DNA of 64,000 nt from an uncultured Verrucomicrobiae bacterium (GTDB lineage Bacteria > Verrucomicrobiota > Verrucomicrobiia > Chthoniobacterales > JAFAMB01), in NCBI GenBank assembly GCA_963813025.1, contig CAWEXO010000005.1, positions 256,001 through 320,000 on the forward strand. The letters are read 5' to 3'. The position numbers and the translations under genes were made by a program. Of this stretch, positions 20,294 to 31,619 are shown one piece after another; position 1 is the first letter of the stretch; each line of letters opens with the position of its first letter. The notes beneath the pieces are model-generated. The model had not been told where the DNA came from, did not search any database, and worked only from the letters and a program-made list of their open reading frames with translations.

Positions 20294-22980
20294 TTACAAG
20301 GCTTTGAGCTGAAAGATCCAGGAACCGTGTTTGAGTTGGTTGCGGTGATGAAGCTCAGGGTCATAAGGGGTCCGATCGATCCACATTTTGTGAATGATTT
20401 TGAGCCAGCGGTGGCCGAGCCGGCGCAAGGCATTAGCGTGGCTCTGATTCTTTTGGCGGTGATGCTGATAGTAACGCTCGGCCCAGGCACAACGGGATAG
20501 AGTCTGCTCAGAAAAAAGATGCAGGGCGTGACGGAGGTGTTTGTCACAAGCCCAGCGCCTGGTGAACGTGCCAGTATTTTCGTTGTTTTCCTGAACGTTT
20601 GGTCACAGGTGCGCTTCCGGCAAGGCATTGGAGCTTTTGCGGGTCGCCGCCGAATCGTTCACGGTCGTCGCCAATCTCGGCCAGCAAGCGTGGAGCAATC
20701 TTGGATCCGGCGCCAGGCAAGGAACCGAAGAGATGGTGATCGGGATGACGAAGCAAAGAGCTCTTCGATTCGCTGTCGATAGAGCGTCAGTTGCTTTTCG
20801 ACCGCAAAAAGCATCTGCACTAGACTCAGGGCCAACAGGCTCTTGGCCTTGATGGTCGGAGCACTACCGGCAAATTCGGTGGCGCGGGCGAAGATCTCCA
20901 TGGGTCGAGGCCCCTGGTCGCTGCCCCAGGGCCGGCGGCTGTGCAGGAACTCCTGCCATTGGCGCTTGCCGGCTTGAGCCAGTGACTCCGGAGTAGGAAA
21001 ACGCTGCAAAAACATCCAGGCCGAGATACTAGTCCAATCCTCAAAGGCTTCTGAGATATTGTCAAAAGTTGTGTATCGGGGATGGGCGCATCCTTTTAAA
21101 ATAACTTGGTTAGGCGGCCTGTTGAGCTTGTTCTTCGCCATCGACGAATCGGACACCGGTGACTACCTTTGGAATCAGTTCGAAGCCCTGAAGCCGACGC
21201 CAGTGCTTTTGGGCTTCCAGGCCGAGTTTAAAGACCATGGTCAGGGTTGCGATTCGTGAACCGGAACCCTTGGTTCGATGAGTTCGCAGCCGAACGGTAG
21301 CGAAGGTGGATTCGATGGGGTTGGTTGTCCGTAAATGCGGCCAATGTTGAGCCGGAAAGTCATAAAAGGTAAACAGGACTTCTTGATCTTTCTGCAGGCA
21401 CTCGCAGGCTTTAGGGAATTTAGTCTGGTAACTGGAGATGAACTGATCGTAGGCGGCCAGAGCTGCTTTGCGGGTCGCCGCCAGGTACATTTCATGGATC
21501 AGTTGCTTGGCCTTGCCCTGAACGCTCTTAGGCATTTTATCCAGGATGTTAGCCGTTTTGTGTACCCAGCAGCGCTGTTGGGCGATTTGGCCATATTCTT
21601 CCTGGAGAGCGATCCAAAAGCCAAGCGAACCATCACCGATGGCCAGCTTCGGTGCGCTAGACAGACCCAAGCGTTTGAGCTGCCCAAGCAGTTCGCGCCA
21701 GGATTGGGTGCTTTCCCGATACCCATCGACAACCGCTAAGAGTTCCTTGGTGCCATCCTCGGTAGCTCCAATCAAGATCAGCACGCAGGTTCGTTCCTCA
21801 TCGAGCCGGACGTTGAAATAAACTCCGTCGGCCCACCAGTAAACGTAACGCTTCTGACTTAAGTCGCGCTGAGTCCACGCCTTATAGTCGCTTTCCCACC
21901 CGGCCTTCAACCGGACGATATTGGTTGCTGATAGTCCACTGGCTCCTTCGCCCAAAATCGCTGCCAACGCTTCACTGAAATCTCCAGTCGAGATCCCTTT
22001 CAGGTAAAGGGCTGGAATCAGTGCATCGACGCTCTCGAGCCCGACGCATGTACTTGGGCAGAATCGCACTGGAAAAGCGACCCCTGTCACGATGCCGGAT
22101 CCGTAGCTGACGAACCCGGATCGGACCGACTCCACTAACCACTTCCCGCTCCGGCAGGTGTCCATTGCGTACCACCAACCGCTGTCCATTCTCATCCCGT
22201 CGATCCTTGTGGAATTGGATATAGTCGATCACCTCATTCTCGATTGCCGCCTGTAACAGCTTCCTGGCTCCTTCCTGCAGCAACTGCTCCAGGAATGGCT
22301 TCTCTTCATCTTTTGCTCGCTCATCGAGCGAGACCACTTTATTCTCTGGCACTGGTGCATCCTTTCTTTTTGGCGCCCTCGAGTGAGACCGCCATCGTTT
22401 CTTTTTCTTGCTGAAAGGATGCGCCTTTCTTTATCTCCTCATCCACAAAATTCGGTTATAACTCAAGGCTTCTAAAGCCGCGGTATAATATTCTGCCAGG
22501 GCATGGCGCAGCTGGCTGAATAAATGCGGTGCGTTGTTCGATCAGCGTGACTTCATCCCGACAGAGTAAACGCAGTTCTTTGATCAGCGGCTCTTCTGGA
22601 CGAAGGGCTTTCCAGTCTTGGCCATCGACCCGTAAGGCATCAGCAAAACTCCACGCATCCAGCCGATCATCTTTGACCCCACTGGGGGCTTTACGTTCGC
22701 GGTAGGCTTGAGCGCTCTTGGGATTAAGCGGAAAAACGATCATGCCCAGCTTCCAACAGTTGCTCGACGGCCGCTCCTTGACTGGTCTCAATGGTAAAAG
22801 GAATCGAGCCGTAAGATTGGAGTTTTTCCCGAAACTTCTTCCAGCCTAAAGCCGAGTGTTCGATTTCGAAGGCTTCGATCACTTTACCAGTTTGATCGAC
22901 AACGATGACCAGTGTTTTTCGCTGGCCCAATCCAAAGCGCCAAATGCCCGGTGTTGCTGCCATTGCTCGGGGTCATTCAT
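20294..22980 (-). mobile_element. IS110-family recombinase pseudogene, frameshifted and interrupted by IS256
   Basis: LDWASEKH, KDDRLDA, SLPGAG..APRLLAEIGDD, AGSAPVTKRSGK; the reading joins across the IS256 target duplication (LEAFEDW). Confidence 0.9.
21053..22464 (-). mobile_element. IS256-family element with 9-bp target duplication; transposase about 21110-22352, disrupted near 22040
   Basis: YWWADGVY, AIGDG.LGFW, QRCWVHK, RTTNPIES; AAGGCTTCT at 21044-21052 and 22465-22473; imperfect IRs starting GAG. Confidence 0.95.
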
Positions 22981-23275
22981 GGTCCTGTTCTGCTGCTTAG
23001 GGTTTTTGCGTCGCTTTGCCCTGCTGTCCATCAAGCTGATATATGGCCTTCTTGAGGCGCCTTTCTATTAGATGTCGGAGCAAGGGCCTCTGGCTCGGCC
23101 GGTAGTCTTTTGCTTAACCCTCCTGGGGTAGCGGGCCAGTGACCGTGATCGAGCCAGGGCAGGACGTCCGCCGGCGCCATTGTGGCCGCGGCGCAGTTAT
23201 TCACAAGCTCGCTCCGCCTGGCTGTGCGGCGGCCGCTTCGCTCGCTCATGAATAACTGCGAAACTGATATCAGTG
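22981..23275 (-). ncRNA. Structured 5' non-coding end of the IS110; candidate bridge RNA
   Basis: About 290 nt non-coding; 12-bp perfect stem 23192-23203/23249-23260 closing an internal loop and an inner hairpin. Confidence 0.45.
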
Positions 23276-23439
23276 GGTTAGTTAGTCCTCAACGGTCCTT
23301 TGATCCGAACGTTCCTAGAAATCGGCCTGAGCACCAGGCGACGCGAGGGGGTCAGGGATATTTCAAGTTTCCAAAAATCTGAAATGGACTCTTAAGAAAG
23401 CAGTACGCCAAGTGTTAGCTAATTTTTGGAAAAATTTCT

Positions 23440-25293
23440 TCACACAATCTGGACCTCTGGCAACGGCAATCTGGAAAGCATGTCGCTGTCTTTTGGAGGC
23501 TGCACAGCTGCTCGAGCCACAAAGGTTTCGTCCTGAAAATAGAGAGGCTGACGGCCGTAAATCGCCGGAAAACCGGCGCAGTAGATGACCATATCCCCGG
23601 GTTCGACGATGAGTTCGTGCGCATCTTTCTTTGGTCCCGGCATTCGGGAACATTCGTCAGGCGTGAGAAGAGGTCGCTGCACCTCTTGCACTGTTGTAGA
23701 GATTTGCGTGTCGAGGCCTCGTCCGGATCGGGTGACCTGTTCTTTAATGATGGTCGTTTGGCCGGTGAGTTTCGAAAGGTGCTCGGCAGTTTCGACCCGG
23801 TTGGGCGGGAACGCTGTTTGAACGTGACAATTCGAAGTGATGGTCTCGTCTGGTCCATAACCGGTTTCCCGGCTTTTCAACTGATTAAGGTCCTGGCTAA
23901 TCAGGTAACACTTGATTCCGTAGCCCGCGACGAATGCCAGGCTTTCCTGGAGTATCTCCAGTTTCCCCAATGCAGGGAATTCGTCGATCATGGCCAGAAG
24001 CTTATGCTTGTACGACGGTTTGGGACGGCCATTTTCAAACTGCATTTTGTCCGCTAAGAGCCGGACAATCATATTGACGACAATGCGCACCAGGGGCCGC
24101 AACCTGGCTTTGTCATTGGGTTGGGTGACGATGTACAAACTCACCGGGTCAACGTAGTGCATGAGGTCGCGGATCCGGAAATCGCTGCGGCTGGTGTTTC
24201 TGGCAACAGTGGGATCGCGATAGAGGTCCAGATAGGTCTTGGCCGTTGAAAGGACCGATCCGGCTTCATTGGGCGGACGGTCAAGCATATCTCTGGCCGA
24301 AGCAGCAACCACCGGATGATTGTGACCATTGATGTGACCATAACTGAGCATTTCAGTCCAGAGTTCCTGGACCGGCCGGCTCGAGTCGGCCAGCATCTGG
24401 TCCAGAGCCGCAAAGGTCGCGGGCGATCCTTCCAGTTTCGCCTTGTAGCAGAGGTGCAGGATGCAGCCGACTAGTAGCGAATAGGCGGTTTTCTGAAAGT
24501 GATCGCCCGGCCGTAATCCTTTGCCATCCGGATCAACCATCAGGAGCGCAAGGTTCTGAACGTCTCCAACCTCATGTTCTGTCCCCAGCCGCAGCTCATC
24601 CATCGGGTTAAAGCAACAAGAACCGGCCGCCGTGGCGGGCTCGAAGCGCAACACCTTGTTATGCGCGTACTGCTGGCGCCATCCTGCGGTGAGTTCGTAA
24701 AGCTCGCCTTTGAGGTCGGTAACGAACACGCTGTGAGGCCAAGAGAGCAGCGTCGGAACGACGAGACCGACCCCTTTCCCGCTGCGCGTCGGGGCGTAAC
24801 AGAGAACATGTTCAGGGCCTGCATGGCGCAGGTATCGAATGTTACCCGCTTGATCGATCCAGGCTCCGACATACACACCGTCGTTACCCAAGAGGCCGGC
24901 GGCCTTGATGTCTGCGAGGTCAGCCCACCTGGCGGAGCCGTGCAGGAAGGGGTTAACTCTGTAGTTTGCCCGGGCGACATCGAGTAGTAAAAGAAAGAAG
25001 CATCCAAGGGTCACGAGTGAACCGATGCCGAAGGCCTGGGCGAAAAGGGTACGATTACCGGGACTTTCCCAGAGATGCGACCAGACAAAGTAATTCCAAG
25101 GCGGGTAAAGATGGAACAGATTGAAACCAAGCGAAGGCTGATAGCGATAAGTATTAGCCAAGAACTGCGTGGCCACAGCCGACCCGAGGATAATGGCGAC
25201 AAGAAAGCCTCGCGCCCTTTTCCAATCTGGCTGAATGCCAGCACGCCGGCGATGGAGTTGCGGCCCAACCAGAGTGTTCCGTTTGTTATTCAA
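23440..25293 (-). CDS. traG: TraG/VirD4 type IV coupling protein, intact copy 2
   Basis: HGSARWA, APTRSGKGVG (Walker A), DLKGEL, MIDEFPALG (Walker B); 617 aa. Confidence 0.95.
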   Translation of the reverse strand: MNNKRNTLVGPQLHRRRAGIQPDWKRARGFLVAIILGSAVATQFLANTYRYQPSLGFNLFHLYPPWNYFVWSHLWESPGNRTLFAQAFGIGSLVTLGCFFLLLLDVARANYRVNPFLHGSARWADLADIKAAGLLGNDGVYVGAWIDQAGNIRYLRHAGPEHVLCYAPTRSGKGVGLVVPTLLSWPHSVFVTDLKGELYELTAGWRQQYAHNKVLRFEPATAAGSCCFNPMDELRLGTEHEVGDVQNLALLMVDPDGKGLRPGDHFQKTAYSLLVGCILHLCYKAKLEGSPATFAALDQMLADSSRPVQELWTEMLSYGHINGHNHPVVAASARDMLDRPPNEAGSVLSTAKTYLDLYRDPTVARNTSRSDFRIRDLMHYVDPVSLYIVTQPNDKARLRPLVRIVVNMIVRLLADKMQFENGRPKPSYKHKLLAMIDEFPALGKLEILQESLAFVAGYGIKCYLISQDLNQLKSRETGYGPDETITSNCHVQTAFPPNRVETAEHLSKLTGQTTIIKEQVTRSGRGLDTQISTTVQEVQRPLLTPDECSRMPGPKKDAHELIVEPGDMVIYCAGFPAIYGRQPLYFQDETFVARAAVQPPKDSDMLSRLPLPEVQIV

Positions 25294-25878
25294 TCAATGC
25301 TCCAATGCTTGGGTTTGGATGACGACGGAAGGCGTGATCGTCAGAGGGATCTCGCGTTGTTGGCGAGCCAAAAAGTGCCGCTGTTGCTGAGTAATAGGCA
25401 ATACCAGGATCTCAGGTCCGCCGCGGGCGAGCAGGAGATTTTGCCCGTTGACCAGGCGTAACCCAACAAAGATCAGTTGTCCGGCATCCTTCGGCTGCCA
25501 GAGCCGATGAAATGGTATGTCACTGACGCGATCACGTTTCGAATTGCGCTCCGAGATATAATCGAGCGCGGCCTGGTTTGGCGGTGCCGGCGTGGCAGCT
25601 TCGGCTTCTCGGCGCGCTTGCTCGAGCGCCGCGTTCTCGAAGGACACTCCGACGTGATGCGACCCGGCAACTCGAGCGATCCGAAGCTGAAACTCGAGCG
25701 GCCCATGAGCCACCAAACTTGTTCCCAAGCGTTCGGCGGCGCGCTGAAGCATTGCCAGGATCACATCGTCACCAGCCGCTGTGGCGACATGCAGACTTTC
25801 TCCATTATCCCGGATCTCATAGTCCCCGATCCTCTCGATCAAGGTCCCCTGTTTAGTAACTTGGGCTTGGGGATCCAA
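25294..25878 (-). pseudogene. Relaxase C-terminal fragment (copy 2)
   Basis: Collinear with about 6110-6680 (VTKQGT.IER.GDYEIRDNGESLH); the N-terminal relaxase domain is missing. Confidence 0.85.
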
Positions 25879-26019
25879 AGCCGGCGCCTGGTGTGGCCTG
25901 GGGGCTTGCGCAGTTAAGGTCTTTATCCGACTGGAAAATCGGGTACCTTTCCTTCTAACTCCTGGATTGTTGCTCCTAGCTCCTTGTGCCGTCGGCGTTC
26001 TCGGCGTTGCCCGTGTTGT

Positions 26020-26340
26020 TCATCCCTCTTCCACAACGCGTTTGAAATTCGTGAGATAGTCCCGCGTCACCATGGCGAGCGTTGCTGATTCGATGCTCGA
26101 CCGCAACCTGACCGTAATCTCGGTCGTCCGATTGGAGAGCGGCTCGAACAAAACGACACCACGGGGAAAATTGTCCGACATTGGTTGCCATGCAATTCGT
26201 CGCTCCGGAATACGGAGCACGATTTGCACAACGGTCCTATATGCTTTGCCGTCCAGCAGAGAAGTGAACGAGAAATGGGCTTCGTCGATTTTCTGCACAT
26301 CTCGCAGAGACGTGCAGAATCGCGGTAGTTCTTCGAAGCC
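26020..26340 (-). pseudogene. SRPBCC/cyclase-family fragment
   Basis: FEELPRF...VQKIDE.H...IPERRIAW...GVVLFEPL...L.NFKR; 5' end lost. Confidence 0.65.
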
Positions 26341-26806
26341 GGGGCCGCTGGCGGAGCAGTCCGCCGAGAGCTACGCGGCCACCTTCGACACCAACGTCCT
26401 CGGCACGCTGCTGAGCATCAAGCATGAGCTGCGCGTGATGCTGGCCCAAGGTCACGGCAGCATCATCAATGTGTCGTCTACCTACGGTCGGATGGGTGCT
26501 CCGGGTGCCTCAGTTTACGTCGCCAGCAAGCATGCCGTCGAAGGGCTGACGAAGGCGGCGGCGCTCGAGGCAGCGGGGTCGGGTGTACGTGTAAATGTGA
26601 TCGCCCCCGGTCCGATCGAGACTGGGATGCTGAACCGGTTCACCGGTACGGACGAAAGAAAGGCCGGGCTGGTCGCGGGAGTGCCGCTCAAACGCGTAGG
26701 GAGACCCGAAGAGATCGCCCAAACCATCGTGTTTGTTGCATCCGACAAGGCGTCTTACATCACGGGCGCTTCCATCCCCGTCGACGGCGGCAAATTGGCT
26801 CAATAA
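26335..26806 (+). pseudogene. SDR oxidoreductase C-terminal half
   Basis: GSIINVSS, YVASKH, VNVIAPG, VDGG; lacks the TGxxxGIG N-terminus. Confidence 0.85.
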
Positions 26807-26828
26807 CTCAGTCGAAAAAATCCAATCC

Positions 26829-27112
26829 ATGAGCACCCCTATCGCACCCAGCGACTTAACCCAACACCCACCTCGGAGCATGCGCGCACGCTTTGGCGGC
26901 TTTGTCCTCCTGCCCCGCATTCTCGACAAAGGCCGCGCGACCCTCGGAAGCCTGGTCGGCCGATATGGAAAAGCGGGGACCGGATAGCGATGCCGAAACT
27001 CTGTCCGGCTTCGCCGAATACATTGGGCAACAACAGGACCCGCGAAGATATCAAAACGTGGTTCGACGCCCTCGATCTAGACGACTTCGTCAGCTTCGGC
27101 GGCAAGCCATAA
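26829..27112 (+). pseudogene. DUF5069-like protein with internal deletions
   Basis: DLTQHPPRS.R.RFGGFV.LPRILDKGRA...REDIKTWFD.LDLDD.VSFGGK. Confidence 0.65.
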
Positions 27113-27278
27113 CCACCTCGATTCGTAAAACCGTCATAACCGCTGAGACTCATCAGGGAGCCTTACTTTGAAAAGCAACTTACCGACCAACTATCTACTA
27201 GGCGCCACGACTGGTTAACCCGTCCGAAGGCAGATCAGGTTTTCTTAACACTAAAATATAACAATTGAGACAATAACC

Positions 27279-28033
27279 ATGACTACCAATTCCAAGAAAC
27301 TCGAAGGAAAGATTGCACTCATTACGGGCGGCTCGCGCGGCATCGGTGCCGCAATCGCTAAGCGTCTGGCCGCGGACGGAGCGAACGTGGCCATCACATA
27401 CACGAAGGGTGCCGACGCGGCCGCGTCGGTCGTCAAGGAGATTGAACGCGCCGGCGGAAAGGCGATCGCGATTCAGGCGGACGCCGCCGATGCCGACGCC
27501 GTCAAGGCCGCGGTCGAAAAGACCGTCGCGACCTTCGGCCGGCTGGACGTGCTCGTGAACAATGCCGGCACGGCCATTCCGAAGACGTTCGAGGAGACCA
27601 CGCTGGAGGAGCTGGACCGCGTGATCGATATCAACATTCGCGGCGTATTCGTCGCGACGCAGGCGGCGCTGAAGCACATGAAGAGCGGCGGCCGCATCAT
27701 CATGATCGGCTCGTGCGTGGGCGAGCGCATGCCATGACGCCCGGCCTGGTGCCCTACTCGGCCACGAAGGGAGCCGTCAAGATGTTCACGCAGGGGTTGT
27801 CCAGGGAGGTGGGGACCCGGGGCATCACGGTCAACAACGTCCAGCCGGGTCCGATCGACACGGATTTGAATCCCGCCGCGGGCGATTGGGCCGCGCCGCA
27901 GAAGGCCGACACAGCGCTCAACCGCTACGGAGCTGTTGACGAAGTCGCCGCGCTGGTGGCGTTCGTCGCTGGTCCGGAATCGTCCTACATCACCGGCGCG
28001 AATCTGACCGTCGACGGTGGGACGAACGCCTGA
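27279..28033 (+). pseudogene. SDR oxidoreductase with one frameshift near 27730
   Basis: TGGSRGIG and NNAG in 27279-27737; YSATK..VQPGPIDT..VDGG in 27713-28033. Confidence 0.9.
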
Positions 28034-28521
28034 CGGTGCCCAAGGGGTATCAGGTCGCGCAGTGTTAGAGCAGTACGCAGCTTCACCGGAAACGATCATA
28101 TATGGACTTTCCCGGCGATCGGTAAAAAGCGAGGGACAGGTTCAACATATTTCCGTCGACCTATTGGATGCGGATGACGTCAAGATTAAGGTCGGTCACC
28201 TGAGGGCTAACACGCATTTGGTTTTTGGCGCCTACCTGGATGCAGAACGCCGCCAATTCCGGTGTCGGGCGGTGGGTAATCGCCTTCGCGAAAACGCGTG
28301 GCCTGAAGACCGTCAACATCGTCCGGCGCCCGGAGCTTGTGGCCGAGCTTGAGGCGAACGGCGGAGACGTCGGCGGCGGCGACTCCCCGGATGTCTCGGA
28401 AAGGATCAAAGCGGCTGTCGGTCAGGCTGAGCTGCGTCTGGCGCTTGATGGCGTCAGCGGCCCGGCGCATGCGCAACGCGGCGGAAAGATCCTTCTGGAC
28501 GTTGCCGGATCATCCACCTGA
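28034..28521 (+). pseudogene. Fused fragments: NAD-dependent epimerase/SDR N-terminus plus MDR (enoyl reductase-like) middle region
   Basis: GAQGVSG...GLSRR..ISVDLLD, then QNAANSGVG...TVNIVRR. Confidence 0.7.
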
Positions 28522-28859
28522 CCTCGGAATAGGCATTTGATCGTTGGCCATAAGCCTCTCTGAGCAAGGCACAGACGAGTGCCAGCGGCGGCATGTGTTG
28601 TGACTTCAGTTACTAGCTCTCCCATCCGGCCAAAGCGTATGGAGCCGCGCCTTGGTGGGCGATATTGCTCGAGATTTACTCCTTTACTGCAAGCATCTTA
28701 AGTAAACAAATCCTCCTCCCAGCCGCTAGATGGGGTTAACAGAACGCTTACTTTCATAGCACCATCGGTCAGTTCGAATGAAAACTCCCCCACCGTGACA
28801 CCCTGTTTCTCTTGTTTAACGATCTCCGGTCGGACCGACTCGCCGGTATCTCCGGTTAA

Positions 28860-29123
28860 ACCAGGCTCCGTTAAGTGAGATTGAGCCACTGCATGGCTGG
28901 ACTGAGGTTGGCCTCCAGGGTTTCGAGCTGCAAATGATAATGGTTGCCCATCAGGACATAGCCGTGGATCCGAATGGAGTATCGATTCGGGAACTGACCG
29001 AGAAGCTCCAGAAAGAAAACGATTGCTCGCCTCGTCCGGAAAGATCGTTCTTCTTTCCACTCCGCGATTGACGACATGGAGCGATCCGCCGGGGATATTG
29101 AGGTGTAGCGCGCGAGCCATCGC
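28860..29123 (-). mobile_element. REP-associated tyrosine transposase (RAYT, Y1) remnant
   Basis: MARAL...PG..HVVNRG.ERR.IF and GYVLMGNHYHL (HUH); frameshifted and truncated. Confidence 0.85.
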
Positions 29124-29378
29124 AGCCAAACAAGTAGGAACTTTGTGTTGGCCAAATCAAGGTTGAAAATTGAGATTTGATCCCTTGCTGCGCGAGGGTT
29201 TTCAACAAGCTGAGAGGATGTCTTAGTGACCGCGTCGAGATCCTCCGAAGCAAGCTCAGTTGGATGCACCCCCGGTGACAGTGGTTTTATTGGCCAAGGC
29301 CGTGACGGTAGCTGATTCCCAGATCGTGTTTCAGGTAAATGAAGGGTCAGGACTCTGCAATAGTTAGGCCGTGTAAGT

Positions 29379-29780
29379 TCAGCTTCGCGCGACCTCGTTT
29401 GCATCATGAAGCACGACCACGGCGAACTTCCAGCCGCTTTCCGTCTTGTGCAGCAGGTAGGTAACGCCTACGCGCTCCAACTCCTGGCCATCAGTTTTGA
29501 GCCGGATGGCCACGCCCATGGCCAATGCCGAGGTCGCACTCAGAAGCTTGATCTGTTGCAGCTTCAATTCACTTTGGCCGTATTGCCGGCGCCGAAGGTT
29601 CTCCATTGCCGGGCTGAAGATTGGAACGATCGCGGCAGGCGTGGGTAGCGGGATCACGCCCAACGGACCCACGAGCAGAGCTGGTTCATGAAAGTAGGGC
29701 AGGATAGCGTGGATGTTGAGCGTACTGAAGGCTGCGTAGTAGTCGGAAAGAAACTTAGTTACGGCTTCTTCGTTTGTCAT
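29379..29780 (-). CDS. NTF2/SnoaL-like protein
   Basis: FL.DYYAAF...YFHEP...TYLL.KTESGWK. Confidence 0.75.
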   Translation of the reverse strand: MTNEEAVTKFLSDYYAAFSTLNIHAILPYFHEPALLVGPLGVIPLPTPAAIVPIFSPAMENLRRRQYGQSELKLQQIKLLSATSALAMGVAIRLKTDGQELERVGVTYLLHKTESGWKFAVVVLHDANEVARS

Positions 29781-29923
29781 GGCTTTCGCATCTGGGAGGA
29801 AGAAAGAGGGACGGGTCAAATATTCTTTTCGTCCCAGCAAAAACCAGCAAGCGTAGCTTCCCTGTCCACTCTTCGCTTTGACCGGCTCTTCCCCCTTGGC
29901 TTAAATTGCCCCATGAAAGGGCG

Positions 29924-30334
29924 ATGCCACGCAAGGTCAGAGAACTCATCCGCGATCTAAAGAAGGCAGGATACCGTCTCGACCGGCAAAGAGGCTCACA
30001 CCGAATTTTTAAACATCCGAATATCTCCCAGCACATTGTGATCTCCGGCCATGAATCCGATGACGCGACTACTACCAAGAAAAGAACGTCAAAAAGGCAA
30101 TTGAGCGTGCCAGCAAAACCAAGTGACCGTTATCGAATGTACGTCGAATGGTCGGAAGAAGACCAGCTTTTCATCGGCTACTGTCCTGACTTGCTCATCG
30201 GTGGTGTCTGCCACGATGGAAATCGGATCGCAGCTTACGCAAAGCTGGTTGACTTGGTGGAATGGGATATTCAAAACCGGTTGGAAAAAGGTGAAACCTT
30301 GCCAGAACCGGCTGCTTCTCCCGTCCCCTCTTGA
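29924..30334 (+). CDS. HicA-HicB toxin-antitoxin pair, apparently fused by a frameshift near 30068
   Basis: HicA: KVRELI..L...G.....RGSHRIFKHP; HicB: Y...VEWSEEDQLFIGYCPDL...LPEP. The native HicA tail YQEKNVKKAIERASKTK* is in another frame. Confidence 0.8.
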   Translation: MPRKVRELIRDLKKAGYRLDRQRGSHRIFKHPNISQHIVISGHESDDATTTKKRTSKRQLSVPAKPSDRYRMYVEWSEEDQLFIGYCPDLLIGGVCHDGNRIAAYAKLVDLVEWDIQNRLEKGETLPEPAASPVPS

Positions 30335-30736
30335 AGAGTATTTCTCGCCGGAGGTGCGTCCCACGGAAAACGAAGTACGCGTGAGAGACGTCGAGTTTTT
30401 GTATCCGGCTACAAATTCCGGCGCGCAGAAAAATATAGATGTCGCGGGCAATCGCCGAGGCCCGCGCTTTGTTCTAGGTCCCTTGGTTGAAGAACTCGGA
30501 CCCTCTCCCCCATTCTGCATCGGAGCCGAAAAATCACCTGCTTTCACGATTCTCCCGCCAACCCTGCGGCTCCGCCGAAAGGCCTTCTCACCGAGTATCG
30601 TAGATCTATCGAGCCTGTGGCGATATGAAGCTTTTCAACCAAGAAGTGCTTCGAGTCATGCTCCTGGACAAGACAACGCATGATCTGTGGCAAACTCCCC
30701 AGGATCTTGTCGGCGAGATAAAGCCGATCTTGTTAC

Positions 30737-31576
30737 CTACAGCTTTGTCTGGTCGACGCCGCTGAAGCGCAGAGCTCGCGCGTCTCGGGCGACGATATCT
30801 TCCATCTCCTGCTCAAGCAGTTCGCGGTCGTCGACGGCGCGCAGCAACCGTCCAGCAAGCGGGTCGAAGCGTCCAGCGGCAATATCGGCGATCAGCGCGG
30901 CGGCACGCGAGGGCGGAACGTTCACTCCGTCGTCAAATAGCTCCTGAATGTTAGGGAGATAGGTCTTACCGGCGTCGGAGAAGAGCTGCAGCTCGGTCAT
31001 CGACGTCCGCACCAGTCCCGGATCGACGGCGAAGGCCAGCACACCGCGGTCTTTCGTAGTGTCGTTGAGGCATTCGGTGAAGCGCATGATCGCCGCCTTG
31101 CTGGACGCATAGCCCGATCCATGCGGGAAGCTGTTGCCGGTCCCGCCGCCGACCAGGTTGACAATGCGGCCCTTGCTACGGGCGAGCATTGCCGGCGCGG
31201 CCACGCGACAGGTGTGGAAGGTCCCACGCAGATTGATCTCGAAATCCTGCCACCAGACATCAGGATCGCATTCCCATATCGGACCGAAGGCCCGGAAGGA
31301 GCCATGATTGTTGACGACCAAGTCAATCGCGCCGAGCTCGGCCGCGACGCGGCCGAGCGCATCCTCGACAGCGAGGCGGTCGACAAGATCCACAGCGATG
31401 GCGATTGCTGCCCCGCCTGCACCGGTGATGAGGGACGCCGTCTCATCTATCTCGCGCGCCGTTCGCGCCAGGACGGCGACCTTGGCGCCACCGTTCGCCT
31501 GATGAAGGGCGATCTCGCGCCCGATTCCGCGCCCTGCGCCGGTGACCACTGCGACGGGGCCGTTCAGGTCGGCCAT
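30737..31576 (-). CDS. SDR family oxidoreductase
   Basis: TGAGRGIG, YASSK, DPGLVRT. Confidence 0.9.
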   Translation of the reverse strand: MADLNGPVAVVTGAGRGIGREIALHQANGGAKVAVLARTAREIDETASLITGAGGAAIAIAVDLVDRLAVEDALGRVAAELGAIDLVVNNHGSFRAFGPIWECDPDVWWQDFEINLRGTFHTCRVAAPAMLARSKGRIVNLVGGGTGNSFPHGSGYASSKAAIMRFTECLNDTTKDRGVLAFAVDPGLVRTSMTELQLFSDAGKTYLPNIQELFDDGVNVPPSRAAALIADIAAGRFDPLAGRLLRAVDDRELLEQEMEDIVARDARALRFSGVDQTKL

Positions 31577-31619
31577 GAAAATCTCCTCCTGAATCGTGGC
31601 GGCGAGACGTTCGCTCCCT

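Noticed and set aside
26072..26806. 244-aa ORF as a full SDR
   Set aside because: The first ~88 aa are antisense to the SRPBCC fragment; there is no Rossmann motif.
9098..29820. Scattered AAGGGGT(C/G)-type motifs (about 9099, 19280, 23346, 29341, 29802)
   Set aside because: May be ends of Y1-transposase elements, but too short to distinguish from chance without a genome-wide count.
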